Positions 23,798-33,948 of a stretch of DNA of 64,000 bases are shown piece by piece. The notes beneath the pieces were generated by a model, which made no database searches, was not told the DNA's origin, and saw only the letters and a program-made list of their open reading frames with translations. Source of the stretch: an uncultured Spirochaetota bacterium (GTDB lineage Bacteria > Spirochaetota > Brevinematia > Brevinematales > JAOACQ01); contig CAVYGN010000001.1 in NCBI GenBank assembly GCA_963768055.1, positions 864,001-928,000 on the forward strand. The letters are read 5' to 3'. The position numbers were made by a program, and so were the translations under genes. The first letter of the stretch is position 1. Every line of letters starts with the position of its first letter.

Positions 23798-24811
23798 TTA
23801 TTTCGCTTTCTTCAGCGCTTCCATTATCAAAGGGGCTTTTCCGGCGCTGCCCAAAACGTTCATGTTCTTGTCCGTATACATCTTCTTGAGCGCATCCCTG
23901 GCCGGGCCCAGGTATTTTCTGGGGTCGAATTCCTCGGGTTTATTTGCTAATGTTTCTCTTATTTTGGCCGTCATTACGAGCCTTCCGTCGGAATCTATAT
24001 TTATCTTGGTGACAGCGGACCTTGCCGCCTCTCGGAGCTGGGATTCGGGAATGCCGACAGAATCCTTGAGTTTTCCGCCGTATTTGTTTATTAAAGCAAC
24101 GGCGTCCTGGGGGACCGAGGAAGAACCATGAAGGACGATAGGGAAACCCGGGAGCCTTTTCTCTATCTCGTGAAGGATATCGAGCCTTATTTCTACCTTC
24201 TGGCCGGGTTTGAATTTGTAAGCGCCATGGGAGGTGCCTATCGCTATGGCAAGGGAATCGACGCCTGTTTTGCCTACAAAATCCTGGACCTCCTCAGGTT
24301 TTGTATAGGTATGCTGTTCCGCTTTGACATCATCTTCGATGCCGGCGAGGACGCCGAGTTCTCCTTCTACCGTGACGTCGAACTTATGCGCGTTTTCGAC
24401 GACTTTCCTCGTTAAAATTACGTTGTCTTCATAGGAATGATGGGATCCGTCGATCATAACCGATGAAAAACCCGTTTCAATGCAGGACACTGTGAGCTCA
24501 TACGTGTCTCCATGGTCGAGGTGAAGAGCTATTGGGATCTCTCCCAGGCCTTTAGCTTTAGCTTCCCTTTTCATCATTTCAATCACGCCCTGGCCCATAT
24601 AGCGAAGCAGGGTCTGGTCGGCGTAATCGCGTGCGCCTTTAGAGACCTGAAGAATTACCGGCGACTGGCTTTCCAGGCAGGCCATGACGATAGCCTGGAT
24701 CTGCTCCATATTATTGAAATTATAAGCCGGGACGGCAAAGCCCTCCTTTAAAGCCACCTGAAACATAACCCTTGTGTTTACAAACCCCAAATCTTTGTAA
24801 CTGGTTGCCAT
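23798..24811 (-). CDS. fba: Class II fructose-bisphosphate aldolase
   Basis: LHLDHG, SSVMIDGS, AIGTSHGAYK, VLHGSS, KINIDSD. Confidence 0.96.
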   Translation of the reverse strand: MATSYKDLGFVNTRVMFQVALKEGFAVPAYNFNNMEQIQAIVMACLESQSPVILQVSKGARDYADQTLLRYMGQGVIEMMKREAKAKGLGEIPIALHLDHGDTYELTVSCIETGFSSVMIDGSHHSYEDNVILTRKVVENAHKFDVTVEGELGVLAGIEDDVKAEQHTYTKPEEVQDFVGKTGVDSLAIAIGTSHGAYKFKPGQKVEIRLDILHEIEKRLPGFPIVLHGSSSVPQDAVALINKYGGKLKDSVGIPESQLREAARSAVTKINIDSDGRLVMTAKIRETLANKPEEFDPRKYLGPARDALKKMYTDKNMNVLGSAGKAPLIMEALKKAK

Positions 24812-24877
24812 ATTTATCTCCTTTCCGTTATTACTTTATTTGTTTGTCGAATCGTCATTCTGAGAAATTAACGATTA

Positions 24878-25675
24878 CTATAATTTTAATAAATACTTAG
24901 CGTTTTTATAAAATATCTTATTTTCATTTTCAGCGCCCAGGCCCAGCGACTTTATCTTTTCCCGGATAATGACCGGGCTTTCCCATGGAAAATCGCTGCC
25001 GAAAAGGACATTATTGACTCCATGGCCGGTTATGATCTCTTTCATTAGGGCGTCAGGCATTTCCGCAGTATAAGCGGTGTCGAAATAGATATTTTTTTCT
25101 CCGGCAAGGACCCTTAAAACCTCGTCCCAGAGCCTGTACCCGCCCAGGTGCGCAAGAACGATCGTCAACCCTTTGATCCGGGAAACCTGAAGCAGCCTTT
25201 CCGGGGTGGCATGCAGGGTTGTAAACCCGATGTCCCTGCCGCTATGGAAAAGAACTATGAGGCCTTTAGCCGCGCAAGCCTCATATATCGGTGTAAGCTT
25301 ATCGTCGTCGGGATAAAACTCCTGGTATTCCGAATGAAGTTTGATTCCCTTTATTCCGTTAGAAGCGATATAAGAAAGCTCGCCGGAAACATCGGAATTT
25401 TGATTGAAACCCGGGTGCATGGCCCCGAAAGAAATGACGCCCTGGTTCTTTTTATTGGTTTCGATCATCTTTCTGTTAATGGAGACAACCTGCTCCGGGG
25501 TAGTGGCGACAGGCTGGTTGACGGCCAGTCCGACATCCGCGTCTTTCATAAATGAAACAAGCGCGTCATAAGTTCCATTTCCGTAAGGCTTTACTCCGCT
25601 CATACCGCCGAGGTAGTCCATCGCTTTACAGGCAAGGCTGTCCGGGAAAAAATGAACGTGAAAATCAATAGTCAT
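24878..25675 (-). CDS. Amidohydrolase family protein
   Basis: IDFHVH, GIKLH, LAHLGG, LFGSDFP. Confidence 0.9.
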   Translation of the reverse strand: MTIDFHVHFFPDSLACKAMDYLGGMSGVKPYGNGTYDALVSFMKDADVGLAVNQPVATTPEQVVSINRKMIETNKKNQGVISFGAMHPGFNQNSDVSGELSYIASNGIKGIKLHSEYQEFYPDDDKLTPIYEACAAKGLIVLFHSGRDIGFTTLHATPERLLQVSRIKGLTIVLAHLGGYRLWDEVLRVLAGEKNIYFDTAYTAEMPDALMKEIITGHGVNNVLFGSDFPWESPVIIREKIKSLGLGAENENKIFYKNAKYLLKL

Positions 25676-25681
25676 AGGATC

Positions 25682-26818
25682 TTATCTTTTATCTTCCTTT
25701 CTTAAAAAAATCCTTGGGACTCGCTTGGATATATCGCATGTCACCTCGTAAGGGATCTTCTTGCATATGCTGCCGAATTTTTCAACGCTTATGCTTCCGT
25801 TGCCGAATATGGTAGCTTCATCGCCTATAGCTATGTCCACGGGAGATTCTCCGAGTGAAACCATCATGTAATCCATGCAGACCCTTCCGGCTACAGGATA
25901 AGATTTGCCCTTGATTGAAACGCTCCCCTTGTTGGAATATAATGTGGGTATGCCGTCGGCGTAACCGACAGGGAGGACTGCGATATACTCCTTTTCCTTA
26001 GCAACTTCGTATGTCCTGAGATAGCTGACGGTATCTCCTTTTTTCAGCCTGCTGATCGATACAATTCTTGTTTTCAGTGTCATGCAGTTGATGAGGTTTT
26101 CCTGGGGCATAGTAGACATACCATAAAGTGAAAGGCCTGGTCTTATCATAGTCAGCGGGGGCTGCAATGATAGCGGAACATTGAACACCGCCGCACTGTT
26201 AGCTATGTGAAAATGCCTGATTTTCACATCTATCTTTTTAAGTTCCGATATCAGGTCTATGAAAAGCTTGACCTGGTGATTGGAAAATTCAATATCGACA
26301 TCGGCGGAGGGAAAATGAGTATATATTCCGTCAACAATTATACCCTCCATTTTCGAAATTTGTTCAATGCCCATAAGCGCCCTGTCGACCGGTATCCCGA
26401 GACGGCCCATTCCGGTATCGATCTTTATATGGACTTTAGGGTAAATGCCCCGGTAACGGTATGCCTCCGATAGTTCCTTGGCATATTCGACGCTTATAAC
26501 TGTCGGGTAAATGTTGAATTCGATCAATTTACCGAATTCTACGGATTCAACGGGGCCCAATAAAAGAACGGGCAATGAAATGCCGGAACTTCGCAGTTCC
26601 ATAGCCTCGTCTATATTTGAAACGGCCAGATATTCAGCGCCAAGTTTCAGGAGTTCCTGGGAAATCATGACGGCTCCATGCCCGTAAGCGTCTGCCTTAA
26701 CTACACCCATCATTATTGTCGATTCCGGGCAATGTTTTTTCAATTCCAGAAAATTGTTTTTAAGGGCGTCCATATTGATTTCAGCCCAGGTTGGCCGGTG
26801 GGATTTATATTGATACAT
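25682..26818 (-). CDS. alr: Alanine racemase
   Basis: VVKADAYGHG, KIDTGMGRLG, RPGLSLYG, GRVCMD, IPYE. Confidence 0.97.
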   Translation of the reverse strand: MYQYKSHRPTWAEINMDALKNNFLELKKHCPESTIMMGVVKADAYGHGAVMISQELLKLGAEYLAVSNIDEAMELRSSGISLPVLLLGPVESVEFGKLIEFNIYPTVISVEYAKELSEAYRYRGIYPKVHIKIDTGMGRLGIPVDRALMGIEQISKMEGIIVDGIYTHFPSADVDIEFSNHQVKLFIDLISELKKIDVKIRHFHIANSAAVFNVPLSLQPPLTMIRPGLSLYGMSTMPQENLINCMTLKTRIVSISRLKKGDTVSYLRTYEVAKEKEYIAVLPVGYADGIPTLYSNKGSVSIKGKSYPVAGRVCMDYMMVSLGESPVDIAIGDEATIFGNGSISVEKFGSICKKIPYEVTCDISKRVPRIFLRKEDKR

Positions 26819-26899
26819 TACCGCTCCTGTGTTTGTAACGCGGTATTATGATATAATTAAAAAACGTTTTTGTAAAATATTATTGATTGTTCCCGGTAA

Positions 26900-27601
26900 T
26901 CAAGCTACCACAGGGATTCTCTTCCTGCTTTTATGATAGGAGATTATGTCCTCCATCGATATGAAAGCCTTATTCCTGAAGTTATCAAAAATCTGCTTGA
27001 CATGGATAAAGTCTTCATGAGTATCTACTGTAACGCGAATATCCGGGGAGTAATAAAAACCGCTGGCCAGAGGTTCAAGCACCTTGAACGAATCCCTGTT
27101 CTTATAAATAAACGGGGTTACATGTTCCAGATCGTAAGGATTTTTAGCATTTTTATAGGCAGATGTCAGCGCATCCCTGCCGATTATTTCTACTCCGGTC
27201 CCAAGAGGGATCCCCAAAAAATGGGTGAGATCGGCTCCGGCTTCTTCATGATATTCAAGGGTTTTATCAAGGAATTCAGGGCAGACAAGGGGATTATCAC
27301 CCGTGGCCCGGATAATTACATCGCTGTTGAAATGCAATGCCGCCTGGTAATACCTTTCAAGAACATTGTTCTTACTGCCGGTAAAGTATTTTACAAAGTT
27401 CAAATCTTTAAGCGCAGTCTTTATCCGGGAAATAGAATCCTCTGTCGTAGCTATAATTATGTTCCTCACATGCTGAGATAGGGTTAGCCTTTCCACTATC
27501 CAGGCTATCATCGGTTTTTTGCCTATATTTAATATGACCTTTTCGGGAAGTCTTGTTGAATCGAGCCTGGCCTGGATTATCACATCCGCTTCTTTAATCA
27601 T
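26900..27601 (-). CDS. SpsF/PseF-like cytidylyltransferase
   Basis: IIQARLDSTRLPEKV, VLERY, RATGDNPL, EHVTPFIY, RVTVDT. Confidence 0.85.
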   Translation of the reverse strand: MIKEADVIIQARLDSTRLPEKVILNIGKKPMIAWIVERLTLSQHVRNIIIATTEDSISRIKTALKDLNFVKYFTGSKNNVLERYYQAALHFNSDVIIRATGDNPLVCPEFLDKTLEYHEEAGADLTHFLGIPLGTGVEIIGRDALTSAYKNAKNPYDLEHVTPFIYKNRDSFKVLEPLASGFYYSPDIRVTVDTHEDFIHVKQIFDNFRNKAFISMEDIISYHKSRKRIPVVA

Positions 27602-27634
27602 TAGCCGCCTCCCCCTCGTTTAACGCCGGCGAGA

Positions 27635-28597
27635 TTATTTGATATCCTTATTTATTATCGAAATAATTGCGGAATCCTCAACCGGTTTGGATAAAATATC
27701 GTTAATTTTTTTTCCGGATAATTTCAGTTTTTTGAAAAACCACGACATCCTGCTCCATCTGAAAGTAATAAAATAATTTATTACCAGCAGAAATATTTTT
27801 ATCCGACGTGCTTTTAAAAGGGCCCTGTCAGAAATATTCATGAGATTGAATAACAGATAATCGTTTGATGAAAAGTCTACTGATATATCGTCTATCTTCA
27901 CACCGGAATACTCCACCTTGAAATTTCTGACCTGTGTTATAATATAACCCTCCTTCCAGAGTTTATATCCAAGTTCGAGGAGAGTATATTTAAGATCCTC
28001 GTACTCGTTCAATTCAAGGTTTCTGGATATGTAAGCCTCCCTGTTTATAAGGAAACAGAAATACTTGGAGTAAAGGGATGATATTGCGGTTCCGACGATA
28101 TCGACGGATATGGTATCCAGAAAAGAATTCCTGAACCCTCCTTTTATAATGTTCGGTATCACACCATCCCTTTCATCGATTATAAGCGGTATGAGAATCC
28201 CGAAAAAAGTTTCGGAAAGGTACATCCTGAGCACATTAAAATCAAGCGATTTAAGAGTGAAATGTTCATTGATAAAGAGCAGGTTATTTGAAAGACTTTC
28301 ACTTACAGCTATCTTAAATGCAGAGCTTACACTAATCCTGTCTCTCGGTAAAATAACCCTCATCATAGGGAAAACCGCAAGGAGTTTGTCGTATTTATAA
28401 CCCTCTTTTTCAGTATTAATTAGAAGGAATTCGCATATGAAACTTCCGTTTGAAGTGAATTTATAAATCGAATTTATCGTTTCAACAGGATCTGATGTAC
28501 TATTTACTATGAGTGCGATTGTAATATCCGCGGCGGATTTTTTACCGCCTGAACGGATAGAAAAATTGGAAAGTTCAGTATATGATGGCAGCGTCAT
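27635..28597 (-). CDS. Hypothetical protein, divergent GT2-like fold
   Basis: Probable ATG at 28597; ITIALIV start and ELGYKLWKEGY resemble GT2; no clear DxD. Confidence 0.45.
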   Translation of the reverse strand: MTLPSYTELSNFSIRSGGKKSAADITIALIVNSTSDPVETINSIYKFTSNGSFICEFLLINTEKEGYKYDKLLAVFPMMRVILPRDRISVSSAFKIAVSESLSNNLLFINEHFTLKSLDFNVLRMYLSETFFGILIPLIIDERDGVIPNIIKGGFRNSFLDTISVDIVGTAISSLYSKYFCFLINREAYISRNLELNEYEDLKYTLLELGYKLWKEGYIITQVRNFKVEYSGVKIDDISVDFSSNDYLLFNLMNISDRALLKARRIKIFLLVINYFITFRWSRMSWFFKKLKLSGKKINDILSKPVEDSAIISIINKDIK

Positions 28598-28738
28598 AAT
28601 GGCCTCATATGGAAAATATAAGATTATTTTTATAACGGTTAATATTTTAACCGGATTATCGATTTTTTGCTTGAAAATAAGCGGAAGTATTATTAAAATT
28701 ATGAATAACATGAATATTTTGACAGGTTAAATTTTCAT

Positions 28739-30403
28739 ATGACTTTTAAATATGCGATGAGTCCAATAACCTTGCTGATCCCACCGGTATGTTTTGGGAT
28801 CCTGATGGGAGGGTTTCTCCTGTTTTTATACATGTATATTCAGTATAAGAGCAAATTATATCTATCTATGGCTTTACTCGGTTTTTTATGCATGCTCTTC
28901 ACAGGCTCCGAAACGATGATCCTGACTTTCGGCGGCTGGCTTCATAATGCGCCCCTTTCAAGGCAGTTCGACAGGATTGAGCATTGTATCGGAGCCTTTT
29001 TCCTTTTTATTTTTCCTTATTACCTTTCCTATCTTCTGGAACTTAATAAAAAGTGGCAGAAAATCAACCGATTCCTGGCGCTTTTGGCATTTATAATTGC
29101 ATCTGTCATCACCGTATTAGCATATATTTACCCCTCCAGCCTGATTTCTCAATCACAGCCGACTTCAACATACCTCACGACGGAAGGGGATTACGGAAGG
29201 GGACTTGAGGGGCCTCTCTATAATATAAGGGATTTCCTTGTAGGTTTGATTATAATTTACACTCTTGTCTGCACGATAACGGATCTAGTCTGGCATAAGA
29301 AATTTTATTATCTTGTATTTACCCTGGCAGGTATCCTGATTGCGATTTACTGTGCGGTTGACGATATTCTTTATGTTTATTTGAAATTCAATCCCGACCC
29401 GCTGTCGAATTATCTTTTTTCAAGGTTCAGTTTCGGTATAACTATGCTCAGTACCCTCTCTATGGCCGGCCTGACGAGACTTTTTGTCGGGAGTATAAAG
29501 GAGGTGGAAAAGGTTAACAAGATAATTACTTTATCGGAAAAAAAATACCGTTTGATAGTCGAAGGCTCAAGCGATTTTATATTTTCTATTAACAGCGATC
29601 TTCAGATAATAAATGTAAACGAATCGATGCAGACGCTTCTTAATTTAAGAGTCGATAAAGACATTCCCTTTACTTTTATGGACCTTATTTATAACAGTAA
29701 AGATGATAACGGACTGACTGAAAGGATAATCAAATCGAATCTGGATGCCCTTTTGAAGGAAAGAAAACCTTTCGATCAAAAAGTGCTGTTCAAACCGTTT
29801 ACAAGTGATGAACCCAAGGAATTCCGGGTCCGGCTCGAATATATCAAGATTGAGGAAGAGTATGAAATAGTCGGAAGGGCTACTCCGATAGATGAGGATA
29901 TCCTGCTTGACTGTTTCTGCTCCGAGGCCCAGAAATATATAATTGGGAATTACCTGATCACTGCGGATGAAATGAGCAAGCGTCTTGTGAGAAATCTCAA
30001 CCGTTATTTGAAACCGCAGGAAGTGAGTTATCTCAGAGTATGCCTGCGTGAAATAGTTATAAACGCCATAGAACACGGTAATCTTGCGATTTCTTTCGAG
30101 GAAAAAACCGAAGCGATGAAGAATGAGAATTATATGGAATATATTCTTAAAAAACAGCAGAACCCTCTTTACAGGGACAAAAAAATAATAATAGAATACA
30201 AAATAACTCCCGGTTATGCAATCTATAAAATATCCGATGAAGGGAACGGTTTCGATTACCAGAAAGTGATCGATGACATTAAGAATAATGTGCGGGATAG
30301 ATTCCTTCCACATGGGAGGGGTATATCAATGGCCTTTGATATATTCGATGTAATTAAATTTAATAAAAAAGGAAACAAGGTCATTCTTATGAAAAATTTC
30401 TAA
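28739..30403 (+). CDS. Multi-TM sensor with PAS and RsbW/SpoIIAB-type HATPase domain
   Basis: About 7 TM segments, SEKKYRLIVEGSSD PAS entry, EIVINAIEHGN, ISDEGNGFD, HGRGI; no HisKA. Confidence 0.8.
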   Translation: MTFKYAMSPITLLIPPVCFGILMGGFLLFLYMYIQYKSKLYLSMALLGFLCMLFTGSETMILTFGGWLHNAPLSRQFDRIEHCIGAFFLFIFPYYLSYLLELNKKWQKINRFLALLAFIIASVITVLAYIYPSSLISQSQPTSTYLTTEGDYGRGLEGPLYNIRDFLVGLIIIYTLVCTITDLVWHKKFYYLVFTLAGILIAIYCAVDDILYVYLKFNPDPLSNYLFSRFSFGITMLSTLSMAGLTRLFVGSIKEVEKVNKIITLSEKKYRLIVEGSSDFIFSINSDLQIINVNESMQTLLNLRVDKDIPFTFMDLIYNSKDDNGLTERIIKSNLDALLKERKPFDQKVLFKPFTSDEPKEFRVRLEYIKIEEEYEIVGRATPIDEDILLDCFCSEAQKYIIGNYLITADEMSKRLVRNLNRYLKPQEVSYLRVCLREIVINAIEHGNLAISFEEKTEAMKNENYMEYILKKQQNPLYRDKKIIIEYKITPGYAIYKISDEGNGFDYQKVIDDIKNNVRDRFLPHGRGISMAFDIFDVIKFNKKGNKVILMKNF

Positions 30404-30419
30404 TATTGAGGAGGTTTTT

Positions 30420-30842
30420 ATGTGGTTCTTTGAATTCCTGTTCCTAGTTATCGGAGGCGCCCTTGCTATTCCAAATATTGTAATTGACAGGGTCCCGAAC
30501 GCTTCTGATGTCCTTAAAAAAATATCGCCTTACCAGCCATGGTTCGGTATCGTTCTGTTAATATGGGGTATTCTGGATTTCCTGTCGGGTCTGGCAGGCC
30601 GTCTCTTCGGATCCGGTTTTTTAAGCACATTATTCATGTTAATCGTAATTTTGATAGAAATTTGCCTAGGATTGATATTATCTATGAATTTTCTTAAACA
30701 AATAAAGGAACTTCCGGCAAAAGAACTTCAAAAGCTTGAAAAAACTCTTATTAAATATCAGTCAGCGTTTGGAATCGGAGGAATAATAGCAGGAATCTAT
30801 ATTCTTCTTAGATCCACGATCCTGTTTAATATCAAGTTCTGA
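30420..30842 (+). CDS. Small four-TM membrane protein
   Basis: GAGGAGG RBS; four hydrophobic segments. Confidence 0.7.
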   Translation: MWFFEFLFLVIGGALAIPNIVIDRVPNASDVLKKISPYQPWFGIVLLIWGILDFLSGLAGRLFGSGFLSTLFMLIVILIEICLGLILSMNFLKQIKELPAKELQKLEKTLIKYQSAFGIGGIIAGIYILLRSTILFNIKF

Positions 30843-30866
30843 ATTTCCGTAATTTCGAATTATTAA

Positions 30867-31086
30867 AGGGCGATTCCAAAAACTAACTTTGTTAGTAATA
30901 AAAGATGTTCTAATCATAATGAAACCGCCCAATGGTGCCCTGGTGCCTGGCCTCAGGAGAGGCCACTTGTCCCCGTAAGGGTTTATCCCCGCATGGGGGC
31001 TACCTTGCCGCTTTGCCTGTATCGGCTTGCCCGATGAAAAGGCGCTTGTCCTGAGCCGAAGACTCAGGGGTTTTTAGAAGTGCCCT
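30867..31086 (+). mobile_element. MITE-like family I, copy C (longest, several nested hairpins)
   Basis: Ends agggcgattcc / tagaagtgccct, flanked aa/aa; 5' part near-identical to the copy at 33837; shares modules with copies A, E and F. Confidence 0.8.
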
Positions 31087-31186
31087 AAATAACCGCCGCT
31101 AAAAAAATATCTTAAAAAGCTAATACATTCCTGATTTTAATCGAAAAACTAATAAGGATCGGTAAATATAGTTTAGGAGGAGCGGT

Positions 31187-31990
31187 ATGTTCGGAATAGA
31201 AAAAGAGGTTTACGAACAGATACTTTTCCTTAAGGAAAATTTCAGGCTGGAAGCAATAAAGGCTGAATTTGAGGCTGAAGGATCATCCTTCAACGATCTT
31301 GTGAGGTTAAGAAGACTGACGTCACAGGCCGGTGTTAAATTGTTCTTAAAGATCGGCGGAGTGGAAGCTTTGAGGGATATCAAGGATTCCCTTGAACTCG
31401 GGGTGGACGGTATCGTTGCGCCTATGGTTGAAAGCAGTTTCGGTTTAAAGAAATTTATGGATGCATATAAAAGTATTTACCGGGATAATAAGATAAGACT
31501 GTCAATAAATATTGAAACAAAAAATGCAGTGGGACAGCTGGAAGATATTCTTTTACAGGGAAAAGGGACAATTGACAATATAACGCTTGGAAGGACGGAT
31601 CTTTCCGCTTCTTTTATGGATAAAGCAATAACACCCGATACCAATTTCGTAATGGATCTTATAGGCTATGTCGGAAAGAGGGCTAAAATCGAGGGTTTTT
31701 CTTTTACAGTGGGCGGCAGCATAAGCGCGATGTCTATTGATAAATTCTCTGAAAACCCCTCCGTTACTTATAATATTGACCATATTGAAACAAGAAAAGT
31801 CGTATTGCCGAAAAATGTATTTATAAACAAGGATAATGCGTTAAACGAAGCTCTTCGTTTCGAAGAATTGTATATTCTTTCTAAGAAGGAAATCAGCGAT
31901 GTCATGGTCGGGCAGGAACTATCAAGGTTGACAAAGCTGTCCGACCGGGCGGGAAGCATAATGGAAAGAGTTGCTAAAAACCTGGCCTAG
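31187..31990 (+). CDS. HpcH/HpaI aldolase/citrate lyase family protein
   Basis: KAEFEAEG, LKIGGVEA, IVAPMVES, INIET, GRTDL. Confidence 0.8.
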   Translation: MFGIEKEVYEQILFLKENFRLEAIKAEFEAEGSSFNDLVRLRRLTSQAGVKLFLKIGGVEALRDIKDSLELGVDGIVAPMVESSFGLKKFMDAYKSIYRDNKIRLSINIETKNAVGQLEDILLQGKGTIDNITLGRTDLSASFMDKAITPDTNFVMDLIGYVGKRAKIEGFSFTVGGSISAMSIDKFSENPSVTYNIDHIETRKVVLPKNVFINKDNALNEALRFEELYILSKKEISDVMVGQELSRLTKLSDRAGSIMERVAKNLA

Positions 31991-33015
31991 TTATCGAAAT
32001 TAACGTCCCTCTGGATCCTCAGGGCAAGGGTCTGGAAATAATCGAATAAATTCTTCCGTGTTTGCATATCCAGATAGATGAACGACATACCGTATTCAAA
32101 AAGGCTGTTTTCCATCATGAAACTTTTTGAAACGACGCATTCAAGGTTTTCAAAAATATACATTTTTTCAAGCGACATGTCGGTAAAGCTTAGCCTGTAA
32201 GTTTCCTTTCTTTTCAATCCTGTCGATGATCTGATCCTGGCGCCTTCAAGACTTATATCTTTGACTACGACCTCAATAGGTGAATCTCCTTCCGTATGAA
32301 GGGCCAGCAGGGTACCGGATATATTATCAACAGGGATCCTGCTGTAAAGACGTTCCTGGGAAATCTTAAGATTTTTAGGATAAGAAAGTATTGTCCTGTT
32401 AGAGGTTAAAAAATTCACGACTGAAGACTCGCCGCAGATGAACATATTGTTGGAAGTATAACAAATGTTAAGGGGTACGCCCTTTTTGAGGGGTACGGGA
32501 ATACCTGTAATATTTTTAACAACTACCGATTTGTCGCTTGCCGCGAGCGCCGATCTTTCCAGAACATACAGGCGGTTATTTTCGTTTATTTCAATCTCTA
32601 TTTTGGAATCCTCAACGATTGGATAAATTTTTTTAGCCAATCTCTGTGCCGCCTTGTTGGATATCCGGAGTTCGTCAAGCCTTTGATAGAAAAATTCGGA
32701 AAACCTCTCAAGCACAGACGATGGGATCGCGGATGCTATCATCTCCCTTTTTTTAAAATCGGAAATCAATGTATTAATAATTTTTTTCTGAGCGGGATTG
32801 AAGCCTGACTTATGGCTTGGCGGAGCCTTGAAAACTGAATCGGCGGGTTCCAACAGCCTTTTTTCATTCAAGTGGTTCTGATATGCCTTATAAAAATAGA
32901 AAAGAATAACAAAAAACAGGGACATCGATATAAGAGCGATCAGGAAAGCGGTAATATTGCCCGGAGCGGTTAAAGCGTTCTGGATGCCTTGAAAAAAACT
33001 GTTGTAAGAATCCAT
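31987..33015 (-). CDS. Membrane-anchored PilZ-domain protein
   Basis: N-terminal TM; RLYSR (RxxxR) and DISLEG (DxSxxG). Confidence 0.82.
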   Translation of the reverse strand: MDSYNSFFQGIQNALTAPGNITAFLIALISMSLFFVILFYFYKAYQNHLNEKRLLEPADSVFKAPPSHKSGFNPAQKKIINTLISDFKKREMIASAIPSSVLERFSEFFYQRLDELRISNKAAQRLAKKIYPIVEDSKIEIEINENNRLYVLERSALAASDKSVVVKNITGIPVPLKKGVPLNICYTSNNMFICGESSVVNFLTSNRTILSYPKNLKISQERLYSRIPVDNISGTLLALHTEGDSPIEVVVKDISLEGARIRSSTGLKRKETYRLSFTDMSLEKMYIFENLECVVSKSFMMENSLFEYGMSFIYLDMQTRKNLFDYFQTLALRIQRDVNFDN

Positions 33016-33031
33016 AATTATTCCTTAGATG

Positions 33032-33493
33032 CTATAATAATAATTTTTCCATTGCTATTTCATCGCATTGCATAATTTTCGGACAACTCAGGCAGTCTCT
33101 CCAGATTTTCTGGGGAAACTTTTTTTTATCGATTTTAACATAACCTAGTTTTGAGAAAAATTCTTCAACATATGTCAGGACAAAAGCGTTTTTTATTCCT
33201 TCTTCCTTCAGGATTTCTTCGGCTTTCGATATTAAACCCCTGCCGATCCCTTTGCCCTTAAATTTTTCATCGACTGCCACGGACCGTATTTCAGCAAGCT
33301 CTTCCGTAAAAAAAGCTACGGCGCAGCAGCCTGCTATCCTGTCTTGATACTGTGCGACTATAAAGTTACGGATCTCTTCTATAACGCTTTCCGGAGTCCT
33401 TGGAAGCATTAAGTCTTTTTTTGAGTAGGAGTTTATCAGGGAAGCGATCTTGGAAGCATCCTTAAGTCTTGCATTCCTGATTTCATATCGCAC
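33032..33493 (-). CDS. GNAT N-acetyltransferase (short ArgA-like)
   Basis: MLPR, LAEIRSVAV, GKGIG, FPQKIWRDC..C. Confidence 0.85.
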   Translation of the reverse strand: MRYEIRNARLKDASKIASLINSYSKKDLMLPRTPESVIEEIRNFIVAQYQDRIAGCCAVAFFTEELAEIRSVAVDEKFKGKGIGRGLISKAEEILKEEGIKNAFVLTYVEEFFSKLGYVKIDKKKFPQKIWRDCLSCPKIMQCDEIAMEKLLL

Positions 33494-33806
33494 CGTCTAT
33501 CATACCTTTCAGTTTGTTCTTCGAAACAGCTCCTATCACTTTTTCCATCGGCGTTCCATTTTTAAAGATAATCAGGGTAGGAATGCTTGTTACGGCATAT
33601 TTAGATGAAACATTCGGGCCTTTATCGACATCCAGTTTAACGATTTTCAATTTGCCCTCGTATTCTCCCGCCAATTCATCGATTATGGGCGATATCAGCC
33701 TGCATGGGGTACACCATTGCGCCCAGAAATCGACAAGCACGGGAATGCTCTGGCCCATCACTTCTGAATCAAAATTAGTATCGTCAGCGTAAACGACTGC
33801 GGACAT
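33483..33806 (-). CDS. trxA: Thioredoxin
   Basis: VLVDFWAQWCTPC, SIPTL. Confidence 0.93.
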   Translation of the reverse strand: MSAVVYADDTNFDSEVMGQSIPVLVDFWAQWCTPCRLISPIIDELAGEYEGKLKIVKLDVDKGPNVSSKYAVTSIPTLIIFKNGTPMEKVIGAVSKNKLKGMIDGAI

Positions 33807-33836
33807 AAATACCTCCCAACTTTATAAAGGAGCTTA

Positions 33837-33948
33837 AGGGAGGTCCCAAAACTAACTTTGTTATTAATATATGATATTCTAATAATAATGAAACCGCCCT
33901 ATGGGCACTACCTTACCGCCTGGAAAAGGCGGTTTTTAGAAGCGCCCT
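33837..33948 (+). mobile_element. MITE-like family I, copy D (minimal form)
   Basis: Ends agggaggtccc / tagaagcgccct, flanked ta/ta; core ccgccctatgggcactacct-ccgcct..aaggcgg-ttttt. Confidence 0.8.
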
